Shown here in pieces: positions 40,034 to 49,185 of a stretch of 60,093 nucleotides of DNA; positions within the stretch are counted from its first letter, which is position 1, and each line of letters begins with the position of its first letter. This stretch comes from Acidobacteriota bacterium. Its GTDB lineage: Bacteria; Acidobacteriota; Thermoanaerobaculia; Gp7-AA8. The stretch lies in NCBI GenBank assembly GCA_039931435.1, contig JBDTRY010000003.1, positions 1 through 60,093 on the forward strand, read 5' to 3'. A program made the position numbers and the translations under genes. A model generated the notes under the pieces. It worked only from the letters and a program-made list of their open reading frames with translations. It was not told the origin of the DNA and searched no databases.

Positions 40034-40045
40034 CCAGAGGGCAGC

Positions 40046-40615
40046 ATGACCACGGAAAACAAAACGCGTTACGATTTGTCAGCAAATGTCCCCAGCCGCC
40101 ATGCCTCAACCGCGCAGCAAATGTTGTCATGGGCGACGGCCGAACCGGCCGGCGAGCGACCGACGCTCGCAGAGGATCACGACGTGAAGCGAGGCAAGCC
40201 GCGGTCGACCGACGACCTCGTCATCAGCAGCTTCGACAAGGAACGCCTCAAGCGCCTTCTTGGCAGCACAGACGTCGGGGCCGAGGGCCGCGAGGAGCTC
40301 GAGGATCTGACACGCGAGATCGAACGCGGACTCGAAGTTCGCCCGCAGGAGATTCCGCCCGACGTCGTCACAATGAACTCCTCCGTTCGTGTGACCGATG
40401 TCGAGTCCGGAGCCAGCAACGTCTACACGCTCGTTTTTCCTGCGGATGCTGATTTCGAAAAGGGGAAGATCTCGATCCTGGCGCCGCTGGGTACGGCCCT
40501 GCTCGGATTCCGCATTGGAGACCGCGTCAGATGGCAGATGCCAGGTGGCGTTCGTCAACTGCGGATCGACGAGATCCTTTATCAGCCCGAGGCGGCGGGT
40601 GATTTTCATCTGTAG
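40046..40615 (+). CDS. rnk: Regulator of nucleoside diphosphate kinase (GreA/GreB family) with N-terminal extension
   Basis: IPPDVVTMNS, TLVFP, ISILAPLGTALLG, YQPEAAGD. Confidence 0.85.
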   Translation: MTTENKTRYDLSANVPSRHASTAQQMLSWATAEPAGERPTLAEDHDVKRGKPRSTDDLVISSFDKERLKRLLGSTDVGAEGREELEDLTREIERGLEVRPQEIPPDVVTMNSSVRVTDVESGASNVYTLVFPADADFEKGKISILAPLGTALLGFRIGDRVRWQMPGGVRQLRIDEILYQPEAAGDFHL

Positions 40616-40708
40616 CCGATCCCTTCCGGCGATCCCATAGCATTTCTGTTTCGTCACACACCGCGCGGATAGTCCTTATCGTTCCCAGACAGGCCAGGAG
40701 CCCACACA

Positions 40709-42304
40709 ATGAGGAGTGAAATATTCACCCCTGTAACGGAGACGGAGAGCCAGGGTTTAGCGTCGGCAACCATGGAGCGCCGTTATCACGCGCTGGTGAA
40801 CGCGTTGCCCGGACACGCCGTATGGGTAGCGAATGCGCGAGGAGAAATGGACGAGGACTCTCCACGCTTTCGCTGCGTTACGGGCCTGTCATGGGAACAA
40901 TTTCGCGGTTTGGGTTGGATGAACGCGCTCCACCCCGACGACCGCGCGACGGCGAGGGAGCGATTGATCTCTGCCACGACAGATCCGCATGGATACGAAC
41001 ACGAGTTCCGCGTCCGCGTAGCTGCGGGGCAGTATCGATGGTTCGCGGCGCGCGGCGTTCCGCTCACCGAAGCAAACAGCGTCAGCGGCTGGGTGGGCAC
41101 ATTCACGGATATTCACCGTCCAAAAGTTCTCACCGAAGGGTGGCGGTTTCTTCACGAGGCCAACGATCTTTTCGCCTCCACATTGGATGAGCAAACGGTG
41201 TTGTCGCATCTGGTGGCCATCGCGGTACCCACCCTCGCAGACTCGTGCAATGTTCAGTTGGCGGACAACGAGGGCCTTATGGATGCCGGTCCGGCCGCGG
41301 TCGATCCGAACGCCGAAATCATCCGGGACGTCTCCGACGAAATGCTGGCCTCGTACGTCGGGAATGCCGCTGATCTGGATGCGCTCTGCAGGATGGGCGA
41401 ACGGGCAATCATGCTCGTCCCGATGAGTATTCGAGGTTCACGATTCGGAACGATCCGCCTGATCGGATCGTCGACCAACAGATACTACGGCGATGAAGAG
41501 CTGGAGATCGCCTGTCGCTTCGCGCATCGAGCCGCGATCGCCCTGGACAAGGCGCGTCTGCATGCTCAAGCGGTCAACGCCATTCGTGCCAAGGACATCT
41601 TCCTGGCCACTCTGTCGCACGAGATGAAGACGCCGCTGACCGCCATTCTCGGATGGACACGCATGCTCCGCGCCGAGGGACCCGTCAGCGAGTTGTTTGA
41701 CGAGGCGTTGGATGCGGTCGAGCAGAGCGCACGCGTTCAGGAACGGCTGATCGAGGACGTTCTGGACGTGTCGCGTGTGATTACCGGGAAGATGCACATT
41801 GAGAAGAAACGTCTCGACCTTCGTGACGTGATCGTTGCTGCCGTGGACGTTGTCAGTCCGACGGCCGATCAGAACGGCGTTCGTCTGCGCATTCATGACG
41901 ATCCGCAGTTATTCGTTTTCGGAGACGCGACCCGGTTGGAACAGGTGATCTGGAACCTCCTCACCAACGCCGTCAAATTTACGCCTGCAGGCGGCTTTAT
42001 CGAGATTCAGACCTCTGCCCGCGACGGCGAGGCGGTGGTTACGGTTCGCGACAGTGGGCGGGGCATTCCTGCCGACTTCCTGCCGCATATTTTCGACCAG
42101 TTTCATCAGGCCACGCTGGCCGATCGTGCGCAACATCACGGACTGGGCCTGGGGCTGGCAATTGTGCGGCATCTGGTGCTGGCTCACGGCGGGAGTGTGG
42201 AAGCTCACAGTGAAGGGGAAGGAAAGGGCGCGGAATTCATCGTAGCGCTGCCTCTGTACGAGGAAGCGGAAGATTCCGAGACGATGGCGGACGGTGGAGA
42301 TTGA
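40709..42304 (+). CDS. PAS/GAF sensor histidine kinase
   Basis: GWMNALHPDD, LSHEMKTPL, NLLTNAVKFT, DSGRGI, GLGLGL. Confidence 0.92.
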   Translation: MRSEIFTPVTETESQGLASATMERRYHALVNALPGHAVWVANARGEMDEDSPRFRCVTGLSWEQFRGLGWMNALHPDDRATARERLISATTDPHGYEHEFRVRVAAGQYRWFAARGVPLTEANSVSGWVGTFTDIHRPKVLTEGWRFLHEANDLFASTLDEQTVLSHLVAIAVPTLADSCNVQLADNEGLMDAGPAAVDPNAEIIRDVSDEMLASYVGNAADLDALCRMGERAIMLVPMSIRGSRFGTIRLIGSSTNRYYGDEELEIACRFAHRAAIALDKARLHAQAVNAIRAKDIFLATLSHEMKTPLTAILGWTRMLRAEGPVSELFDEALDAVEQSARVQERLIEDVLDVSRVITGKMHIEKKRLDLRDVIVAAVDVVSPTADQNGVRLRIHDDPQLFVFGDATRLEQVIWNLLTNAVKFTPAGGFIEIQTSARDGEAVVTVRDSGRGIPADFLPHIFDQFHQATLADRAQHHGLGLGLAIVRHLVLAHGGSVEAHSEGEGKGAEFIVALPLYEEAEDSETMADGGD

Positions 42305-43455
42305 ATTCCATGATTGAAAGTCCATTGAAGCGGTTGAGTGCGCTCGGCCAGAGCGTCTGGTTTGATTACATTCGACGCGATCTCTGGCAAGGAACGGACC
42401 TGGAGCGGCTCATCGAGCAGGATGGCTTGGCCGGGATGACCTCCAATCCGACTATTTTTGAGAAGGCAATTGCGGGCACGGACCTTTACGATGACGATAT
42501 TCGGCGCCTGACGGCATCGGGGCTCACTCCCACGGACATCGTCGAGGCGCTTGCCATTGCTGACGTCTGCGGCGCCGCGGACGCTTTTCGTCCCCTTTAC
42601 GAGGCCACGGACGGCAACGATGGGTATGTCTCTATCGAGGTCGGGCCACAACTCGCACATGATTGCGCTGGATCTGTCGCAGAAGCTCGCCGTCTCTGGA
42701 ACGCGTGCAATCGACCGAATGTCATGGTGAAAATTCCCGCCACGGACGAAGGAATTGATGCAATTCGGCGCTGCCTGTCCGAAGGAATCAACATCAATAT
42801 CACGCTCCTGTTCTCAGTGGATCGCTATCGGCAGGTTATTCGGGCGTACCTGGAGGCGATGGAGGAGCGAGTGGCCAAGGGGCAGCCGGTGGATCAGGTC
42901 CGTTCCGTAGCGAGTTTCTTCGTCAGCCGCGTCGATACGAACGTGAACGCGAAGCTTGACGTCATTGCTGCATCAGCCACGAGCACGAACCACGAGAAAG
43001 CATTGGCGGCTCATTTGAGAGGAAGGGTCGCCATCGCGAACGCGCGCATCGCATACACAAAGTTCGAGAAGACTTTCAATGGCACTCGGTACGAAGCACT
43101 CCGTCGACAAGGAGTTCGGATCCAACGCCCGCTTTGGGCGTCCACGTCGGCGAAAGATCCCTCCTATCCCGAACTCTATTATGTTGAGGCTCTGATCGCT
43201 CCCAACTCCATCGACACGATGCCGCCAGAGACCTTCCGTACCTATCGGGACCATGGCCATCCGATGATCAGAATTCACGACGGCATCTCCGAGGCTCACG
43301 CGGTTTTCCAGCAGCTCGGGGAGTTGAGGATCGATGAGCATCAGGTTGGCCTCGACCTCGAGGAGGACGGTGCGCGAAAGTTTCGTGAGTCAGTCGAAAA
43401 GCTCCTCAGTGCGGTCCATGCCAAAGAAAGGGTTATCAATGCCGCCGCACGATAA
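42301..43455 (+). CDS. tal: Transaldolase
   Basis: GMTSNPTIFEKA, VSIEV, VKIPAT, NITLLFS, SFFVSRVD, LWASTS. Confidence 0.93.
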   Translation: MNSMIESPLKRLSALGQSVWFDYIRRDLWQGTDLERLIEQDGLAGMTSNPTIFEKAIAGTDLYDDDIRRLTASGLTPTDIVEALAIADVCGAADAFRPLYEATDGNDGYVSIEVGPQLAHDCAGSVAEARRLWNACNRPNVMVKIPATDEGIDAIRRCLSEGININITLLFSVDRYRQVIRAYLEAMEERVAKGQPVDQVRSVASFFVSRVDTNVNAKLDVIAASATSTNHEKALAAHLRGRVAIANARIAYTKFEKTFNGTRYEALRRQGVRIQRPLWASTSAKDPSYPELYYVEALIAPNSIDTMPPETFRTYRDHGHPMIRIHDGISEAHAVFQQLGELRIDEHQVGLDLEEDGARKFRESVEKLLSAVHAKERVINAAAR

Positions 43456-43479
43456 CCTGGCAAACGAGCAAGGTCGAGC

Positions 43480-43747
43480 TCTCTCTCCGGAACGCATCGC
43501 GATTTATCGGGACGGAGAAGGGCAAGTTCACGCCATCAGTAGCATTGCACGCATCGAGGCTGCACTGTCGGCTGGAAATGACCGGGAGAAACGCTGGGAT
43601 TGCCCCTGTCACGGCTCCAGGTTCTTGCCAACCGGCGAAGTGATTCATGGGCCCGCCACCAAACCTCTGAGAACGATGGCGCTGCCCGCTAAATTGGTTC
43701 TCACGTCAGACGTTGTGAATGTCTCGAGCACCACGCTGGGAGGCTAA
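43480..43747 (+). pseudogene. Rieske [2Fe-2S] domain with box 1 shifted out of frame
   Basis: WDCPCHGSRF is in frame; CTHRGCTVGW reads in an alternative frame between two compensating indels. Confidence 0.7.
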
Positions 43748-43751
43748 GTTG

Positions 43752-44042
43752 ATGTCTCATGTGCCCACGCCGGCGCTTTCCGGCGGCAGAACGCAACTGG
43801 ATCGAATTCTAAATCTCTTATCCATCTTCACCATGGTCATGACTTTGCCACAGGTGCTGACGGTCTGGGTGCGGCACAATACCGCCGGAGTATCTCTCCT
43901 CTCATGGGGCGCTTATCTCCTCGCTGCGGTGGTCTGGCTTTTTCATGGCCTGCAGAAGCGTGACCCGACCATCTACCTCGCATGCCTCGGGTGGATCGTT
44001 CTCGACGCCGCGGTAGTCATCGGCGTCGTTATTTATCGATGA
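43752..44042 (+). CDS. PQ-loop / SemiSWEET-like membrane protein
   Basis: TLPQV...GVSLLSW...WLFHG, three TM helices. Confidence 0.7.
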   Translation: MSHVPTPALSGGRTQLDRILNLLSIFTMVMTLPQVLTVWVRHNTAGVSLLSWGAYLLAAVVWLFHGLQKRDPTIYLACLGWIVLDAAVVIGVVIYR

Positions 44043-44129
44043 GTCGCGGACGCGACGGTACCGGGCCACAAACTCTTCAACGGCACGGCGATCTGCGCCA
44101 CCTGCCATGTCGCCTCCGATCATCACGGA

Positions 44130-44301
44130 GCTCGGTGATGACCACCGTGCATGCTTACACGGCTTCGCAAACGCTCGTGGATGGACCAGATTTACGAAGG
44201 TCGTCGACGCTGACCTCGCCAAGGTCATGAGCTGGTACGACAATGAATGGGGAGACGCAAATCAGATGGTGGGCGAGGCGCTATCGATCGTCGGGCGGTG
44301 A
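44130..44301 (+). pseudogene. Glyceraldehyde-3-phosphate dehydrogenase remnants
   Basis: MTTVHAYTASQTLVDGP and KVMSWYDNEWG are juxtaposed in different frames. Confidence 0.8.
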
Positions 44302-44410
44302 GTGACGGTGTTTGGAGCGATCGCCGATTCCGCGAACCGAAGCCACGGTATGTTCCGCCTGACGGATGCTACGACACATCACAACCCGAATTGCCGATGG
44401 CCGACCACAA

Positions 44411-45004
44411 TTAAAGAGTCGATCCGACGCGCTGCCAGACGCCGTCGCGAAGCTTTGCTCTGGCTCGGTGCAATCGAGTTCTTACGAGATCCTCGGAGAT
44501 CTGCAGACAGTCTGCTGTTTCAGCAGTGCTCATCCCTTCGACGTCCCGCATGACGATGACAGTTCGGAAGGAAGGCGGCAGCGCTGCCACCTCGCGTTCC
44601 AGGGTTTCCCGTAGTTCACTGATTGACGTCATCTGCTCCGGATCGGGCGTATTGCGATCGATGATGTTCATGACCGTCTCATCGTCGCCATCGTCTAGCA
44701 GGCGACCGCGCTGGCGGCGCCGGGCCAGCGCTTCATTCACTGCAATCCGTGTCAGCCAGGTCGAAAACTGTGCGGCGCCGACAAACTGACGGAGATGCAG
44801 ATAAGCGTTCAGATACGTTTGCTGCATCACATCCTCGACTTCGTCAACAGCGCCCAGCACTCCTCGAACGGCTCGGTAGATTCTCGCACTGTGCCGGCGT
44901 ATCAGGATCTCGTAGATCGCAACGTCGCCCGAAAGGACACGTCTGACGACTTCGTCATCAGAAGGTTTCTCCTCCGACGCTGCGATTTGCGCGAGTGCTG
45001 TCAC
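44411..45004 (-). CDS. ECF sigma-70 factor, C-terminal extension apparently truncated
   Basis: EDVMQQTY, FSTWLTRIAVNEA, RDVEGMSTAETA, TRLHRAR. Confidence 0.85.
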   Translation of the reverse strand: MTALAQIAASEEKPSDDEVVRRVLSGDVAIYEILIRRHSARIYRAVRGVLGAVDEVEDVMQQTYLNAYLHLRQFVGAAQFSTWLTRIAVNEALARRRQRGRLLDDGDDETVMNIIDRNTPDPEQMTSISELRETLEREVAALPPSFRTVIVMRDVEGMSTAETADCLQISEDLVRTRLHRARAKLRDGVWQRVGSTL

Positions 45005-45017
45005 TTGATTCCCTTCA

Positions 45018-45743
45018 TTAATTGAATTCGCTCAACGCGAACTCCGAGGCCGCGGCCGCCAGGGCCAGGCCGGCGCGCTCCGGCCGGCGCATCGCTGGCT
45101 GACCACGACGTCGCTGGGTATCGATGGGAAGGGGAGGGGCGTCCAGCAGGCTCGCCGGTACGCCGCCAGAGATGCCGACCAGGAAAAAGAGCGGATAGAC
45201 CTCGATCATCTGTTGTCTGGGAAGCTGATAGGCGTACTGCTTCAGAGCAGCGATGTCCGCCGCAATTACTCTGTCCTTCACCGCGGCGTCGATCCTCCCG
45301 CACAGGCTGACGAACAGGACCGGCTCATCCGACAACCCACGGAGTGCTGCGCCGACGAGCAGCATCAGATCGACGCCGAAGTGCACCGGAATTGAAATGT
45401 GAATCATCGGGAGCCGACGTTCCGGACCTGGGTAGATCGATGGTGCGCGAACGGTATTGAGCGCGCGACGCGGATACTCTGGTGTCAATCCGGCCGCCTT
45501 GAGCAGCCGCTCTGCGCGCTCCGCAAGTCTCAGGCTCCCATCGCCGGCACCATCGCTGCGATTGATACCTGCTGCGGGTTCGAGAATGACGTTCCCCGAT
45601 CCCCAGTGGCACGATGCGACGACGGCGCCGCTCGTGCGTAACTGGCGAGCACGGGCGACGATCCAGTCGTCCGATCGCGGGCCGCGGTCGACCTGATACT
45701 GGGAGGGTGAGATGACAAAGACTGGTTGCGGCTGCGAGGTCAT
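45018..45743 (-). CDS. Divergent LigB/DODA dioxygenase-like protein
   Basis: ASCHW, IYP...PMIHISIP, GAALRGL..EPVLFV, YPLFFLVG; other metal-ligand motifs not recognisable. Confidence 0.5.
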   Translation of the reverse strand: MTSQPQPVFVISPSQYQVDRGPRSDDWIVARARQLRTSGAVVASCHWGSGNVILEPAAGINRSDGAGDGSLRLAERAERLLKAAGLTPEYPRRALNTVRAPSIYPGPERRLPMIHISIPVHFGVDLMLLVGAALRGLSDEPVLFVSLCGRIDAAVKDRVIAADIAALKQYAYQLPRQQMIEVYPLFFLVGISGGVPASLLDAPPLPIDTQRRRGQPAMRRPERAGLALAAAASEFALSEFN

Positions 45744-45755
45744 ACTTTGTCTTAG

Positions 45756-45771
45756 AGCAAGGGCCGGCCCA
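45756..45771 (-). promoter_or_regulatory. sigma54 -24/-12 promoter
   Basis: TGGGCCGGCCCTTGCT, 15/16 identical to 40018-40033. Confidence 0.75.
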
Positions 45772-45835
45772 CGAGCTGTTGAACGCTAATTCATCACACG
45801 TCAACAGTTAGCTGTACCAAGCGGTGACGCAATCT

Positions 45836-45870
45836 CTCAGATTGATTGAAGAACGATCGTTTTGATCGAT
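45836..45870 (-). promoter_or_regulatory. Candidate upstream activator sequence, copy 2
   Basis: ATCGATCAAAACGATCGTTCTTCAATCAATCTGAG on the minus strand, starting 100 bp upstream of the -24 GG. Confidence 0.7.
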
Positions 45871-46129
45871 GCGTTCGGGCGGCCGGAAGGAGGGAGCATG
45901 CAATGCCTCTTCCGTTCGCTACGCGTACGGGGAAAGAGGTTGGGAGTGAGATGTTTATTCGCCGGTATCTCGCATCAATCCCCCTCACCCGGCTCGCGTT
46001 CGCTCGCTACTGGATGAACTGAGTACATCGCTCACAGAAAACCGAGGACATCGGTTACACACGGGTGTGGAGAGAAGACGATGCCGTCCCTGGCGGCCTA
46101 CCTGACACCCGTAATCAGGGGATTGAGAT

Positions 46130-47683
46130 TCAGACGATGGGGGAGTTTACGATCGACTCGAGTTCTTCGATATCGCCCTGGTTCATGGCCGCCTCGATCG
46201 CCAGGCTTTCCCGGTCCCGGAAGATCGTGGCCACTGCCAGCACTCTGCCGTCCGACCGGTAGGTGACCCGGGCATTGCGCGCTTCGAGATCACCGGCCAG
46301 GGTCGCTACGTCCCACTTCGGAGCGTATCCGACGTAAGAAATCACCACGTCATAGTGAGCACTCCAGAAGAAGGGGGCGAAACTGCAAGGCTCCCGGTTC
46401 CCCAGCATGTTCCTCGCGGCGATCTGCCCGTGCCGCTGCGCCACTGCCCAGTGTTCGACACGGCGCAACTCCCCGGAGCGTTCATCGCGCCATCGTGCCA
46501 GATCCCCGGCGGCGTAAACGCCGGGGGCCGAAGTCTGAAGAAACTGGTCGACGAGGATGCCCTCGTCGACAAGAATTCCCGCGGCCTCGGCCAGACCCGT
46601 GGCCGGCCGCACGCCGGTGCCGATCACGACGAGGTCGCATTCGATAACCTGGCCGTCCGCCAGCACAACGCCGGTCTCCTTGATTGTCGAGACGGCGGCG
46701 TCAAGGTGAAAGCGCACGCCCTTTTCCTCATGAATCTTCTGCACGAAGCTGCCGAGGTCGGAGCCAAGAACGCGTCCGAGCGGAACTTCGTCAGGAGCGA
46801 TGACATCGACGCTCAGGCCACGGGCAATCAACGATGCGGCGACCTCCAGGCCGATGAAGCCCGCGCCGATGACCACGGCTCGTCTCGCCTTCGAGGCCGC
46901 TGCAATGATGGCCTGGCTGTCACGAAAGGTTCGCAGAAGATGAACATGTGAAAGGGTGGCGCCGGCGATAGGGGGCACGAAAGGATCCGCGCCCGTGGCC
47001 ATGAGCAGGCGATCATAGGAAATTGATTCACCTTCGTCCGTGCGAATAGATCGTCCGTCGACGTCGATGGATGTGACGCGGGTGTTGAGCTTCACGGCGA
47101 TCTCTTGCTGGCGATAGAACGCGGCATCTCGCAAAGGGATCCACTCCTCGGGCGCGGTTCCGGCGAGATAGTCTTTGGAGAGGTTCGGTTTGTCGAAGGG
47201 GAGGTCGCGATCAGCGCTGATCATCCGAATGGACCCACGGTAGCCCTCGCGCCGCAGTGTTTCGGCAGCACTGTGCCCGGCGGCGCCGCCACCGAGTATG
47301 ACCATTGACGACGGCGTGTCGATCGAAGAAGGGGAAACCTGCGTTGCAACTTTCTCCCGGACGATGATCCTGTCACCTTGCAATTCCGTTCTCCAGCACT
47401 GGAGAGGATTGAAGGGCGGAGGCGAAACGACCGAGGCGTTCCTGAGATCAAAGGTTCCGTGATGCCATGGGCAATGGATTTCCGTATCCGTAAGCATTCC
47501 CTCGGCCAGCGGACCGCCGTAGTGGGTGCATGTGGCGCCGACCGCGAACAGGCCGGCGTCGGTCCGGCATACGAGCACGGCCTCCCCGCTCACATGGCCG
47601 ACAATCATGCCGCTCTGAGGAATGTCCGATGTTTCGATGCCGAGTGTCAGGTCGGGCCCTGCCAGTGCGGTTTCGCCACTCAT
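46130..47683 (-). CDS. Rieske-fused FAD-dependent oxidoreductase (AIFM3-like)
   Basis: CTHYG...CPWH, GGGAAG, ATG, GAGFIGLE, YAAGD, RVEHW, PFFWS. Confidence 0.92.
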   Translation of the reverse strand: MSGETALAGPDLTLGIETSDIPQSGMIVGHVSGEAVLVCRTDAGLFAVGATCTHYGGPLAEGMLTDTEIHCPWHHGTFDLRNASVVSPPPFNPLQCWRTELQGDRIIVREKVATQVSPSSIDTPSSMVILGGGAAGHSAAETLRREGYRGSIRMISADRDLPFDKPNLSKDYLAGTAPEEWIPLRDAAFYRQQEIAVKLNTRVTSIDVDGRSIRTDEGESISYDRLLMATGADPFVPPIAGATLSHVHLLRTFRDSQAIIAAASKARRAVVIGAGFIGLEVAASLIARGLSVDVIAPDEVPLGRVLGSDLGSFVQKIHEEKGVRFHLDAAVSTIKETGVVLADGQVIECDLVVIGTGVRPATGLAEAAGILVDEGILVDQFLQTSAPGVYAAGDLARWRDERSGELRRVEHWAVAQRHGQIAARNMLGNREPCSFAPFFWSAHYDVVISYVGYAPKWDVATLAGDLEARNARVTYRSDGRVLAVATIFRDRESLAIEAAMNQGDIEELESIVNSPIV

Positions 47684-47689
47684 CGTCTT

Positions 47690-48301
47690 CTACTCCCTTC
47701 CGGAACGCTGGCCGCGGCTGAGCGCGAGGAATTCGTTTCTTATCGTGGAGCTCGTCCGCACACCCCCACGAAAGGCCGAGGTGACGAGTTCGGCCTGTGG
47801 CTGTGCCACCCCCCGGCATCCCATGCAGAGGTGATGGGCAGTGATGAGGACGCCTACGCCCCGCGCTTCGAGGTGCTCCTCGACGGCCTCCGCGATCTGA
47901 CGCGTCATCCGTTCCTGAATCTGCAGTCGCTTCGCGAAACAGTGCACCAGCCTGGCCAGCTTGCTGATGCCGACGACTTTCCCCGGCAGATAGGCAACGG
48001 AGGCGGTTCCCAGAAACGGTAGAAGATGGTGCTCACACGTTGAGTGGAACGAGATGCCGCGCAGCATGATCAGGTCGCGGTTTAACTCGTCGAACGTTCT
48101 GGAGAGAATCTCAGCCGGGTCCTCGTCATATCCAGCGGTCATTTCCCGCCAGGCCCTGACAACCCGAGCAGGTGTTTCCAGCAGGCCGTCCCTCGCCGGG
48201 TCTTCGCCCATATACAGAAGCAGCTCGCGCACGGCATCCTCGGCTACTTCGTTTGCATTCTCTTCGAACGAGCTTTGTTTGCGGTTTGTGGCCGTCGTCA
48301 T
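47690..48301 (-). CDS. folE: GTP cyclohydrolase I
   Basis: [39 protein letters not shown]. Confidence 0.95.
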   Translation of the reverse strand: MTTATNRKQSSFEENANEVAEDAVRELLLYMGEDPARDGLLETPARVVRAWREMTAGYDEDPAEILSRTFDELNRDLIMLRGISFHSTCEHHLLPFLGTASVAYLPGKVVGISKLARLVHCFAKRLQIQERMTRQIAEAVEEHLEARGVGVLITAHHLCMGCRGVAQPQAELVTSAFRGGVRTSSTIRNEFLALSRGQRSGRE

Positions 48302-48469
48302 CGTACGTCTCCAGGTTTGCGGATGGGCGCCAGATCGAGCCGTTTGTGGTTTCCTTCTGCATTTGAGTGGACTGGATGATTAAAGGTGACAGGCCCAGGT
48401 CATCAACGATGCAGCGCGAATGCGTCAGCGGCTTTCGTCGGCAAAGGCCGGACGAACGTGACCGACTGA

Positions 48470-49007
48470 GATGGCGGATGCCGCCAACGCGTGATCCCTT
48501 CGTGGAGGAGATCGTCTCGGCGCGTGCCGGGCCGAGGCGTCGAGGATCCGAAACGTTTTCGGCTTGCCTCGTTGTAGGAGATGAAGAAGTGTTCGATCTG
48601 CTCCCAGCCGCCTCTTGTTCACATCGTCGAGCGAGCGAAAATCGCCATGCGTTCTCGATTTGTGTGCCACTCCGATGACGAGGTCGTTACGCATCGTCGC
48701 CCCGCTTTCGGTCTGCTCTGCTTCCATGACGCCCAGCAGCCGGGCCACTCCCAGACAGCCGGTGAAGGCCTGCTCATCCATGAGAAGCAAGACGTCGATC
48801 GGGTCACCGACTCCGCCGAGGGTGACCGGCACGAATCCGAAGTCGTAGGGGAAGAACGGTCCTGCGGGGAGAACCCCGCCGAGGCGGAAGAGGCCGAGCT
48901 CCGATCATATTCGAATTGTTCCGGCTGCCGCGGGGTGTGTCCACGAAGACGTTCCAGGTGTCGTCGTTCTCGTTTCTCGGAGCGGGGCGTACGGATCGGG
49001 CATTCAT
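48470..49007 (-). pseudogene. ppa: Inorganic pyrophosphatase pseudogene
   Basis: VDTPRGSRN, GDPIDVLLL and RND motifs split over several frames. Confidence 0.75.
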
Positions 49008-49185
49008 CTCTCCTTCGGATCTGATCGGAATCAGCGGAGAAAATAAGTTTCGCTTCGTAACAGGCGTGCCTGTTCTGGGCGCTGAATCGTTAGATTCTCC
49101 TTAGAAAATCGTAACGTTGCTTTTTCAACGTCGGAAGTACAATCCCCACTTCGTTCCACAATCATTACGAAGACGGGAGAGAACT

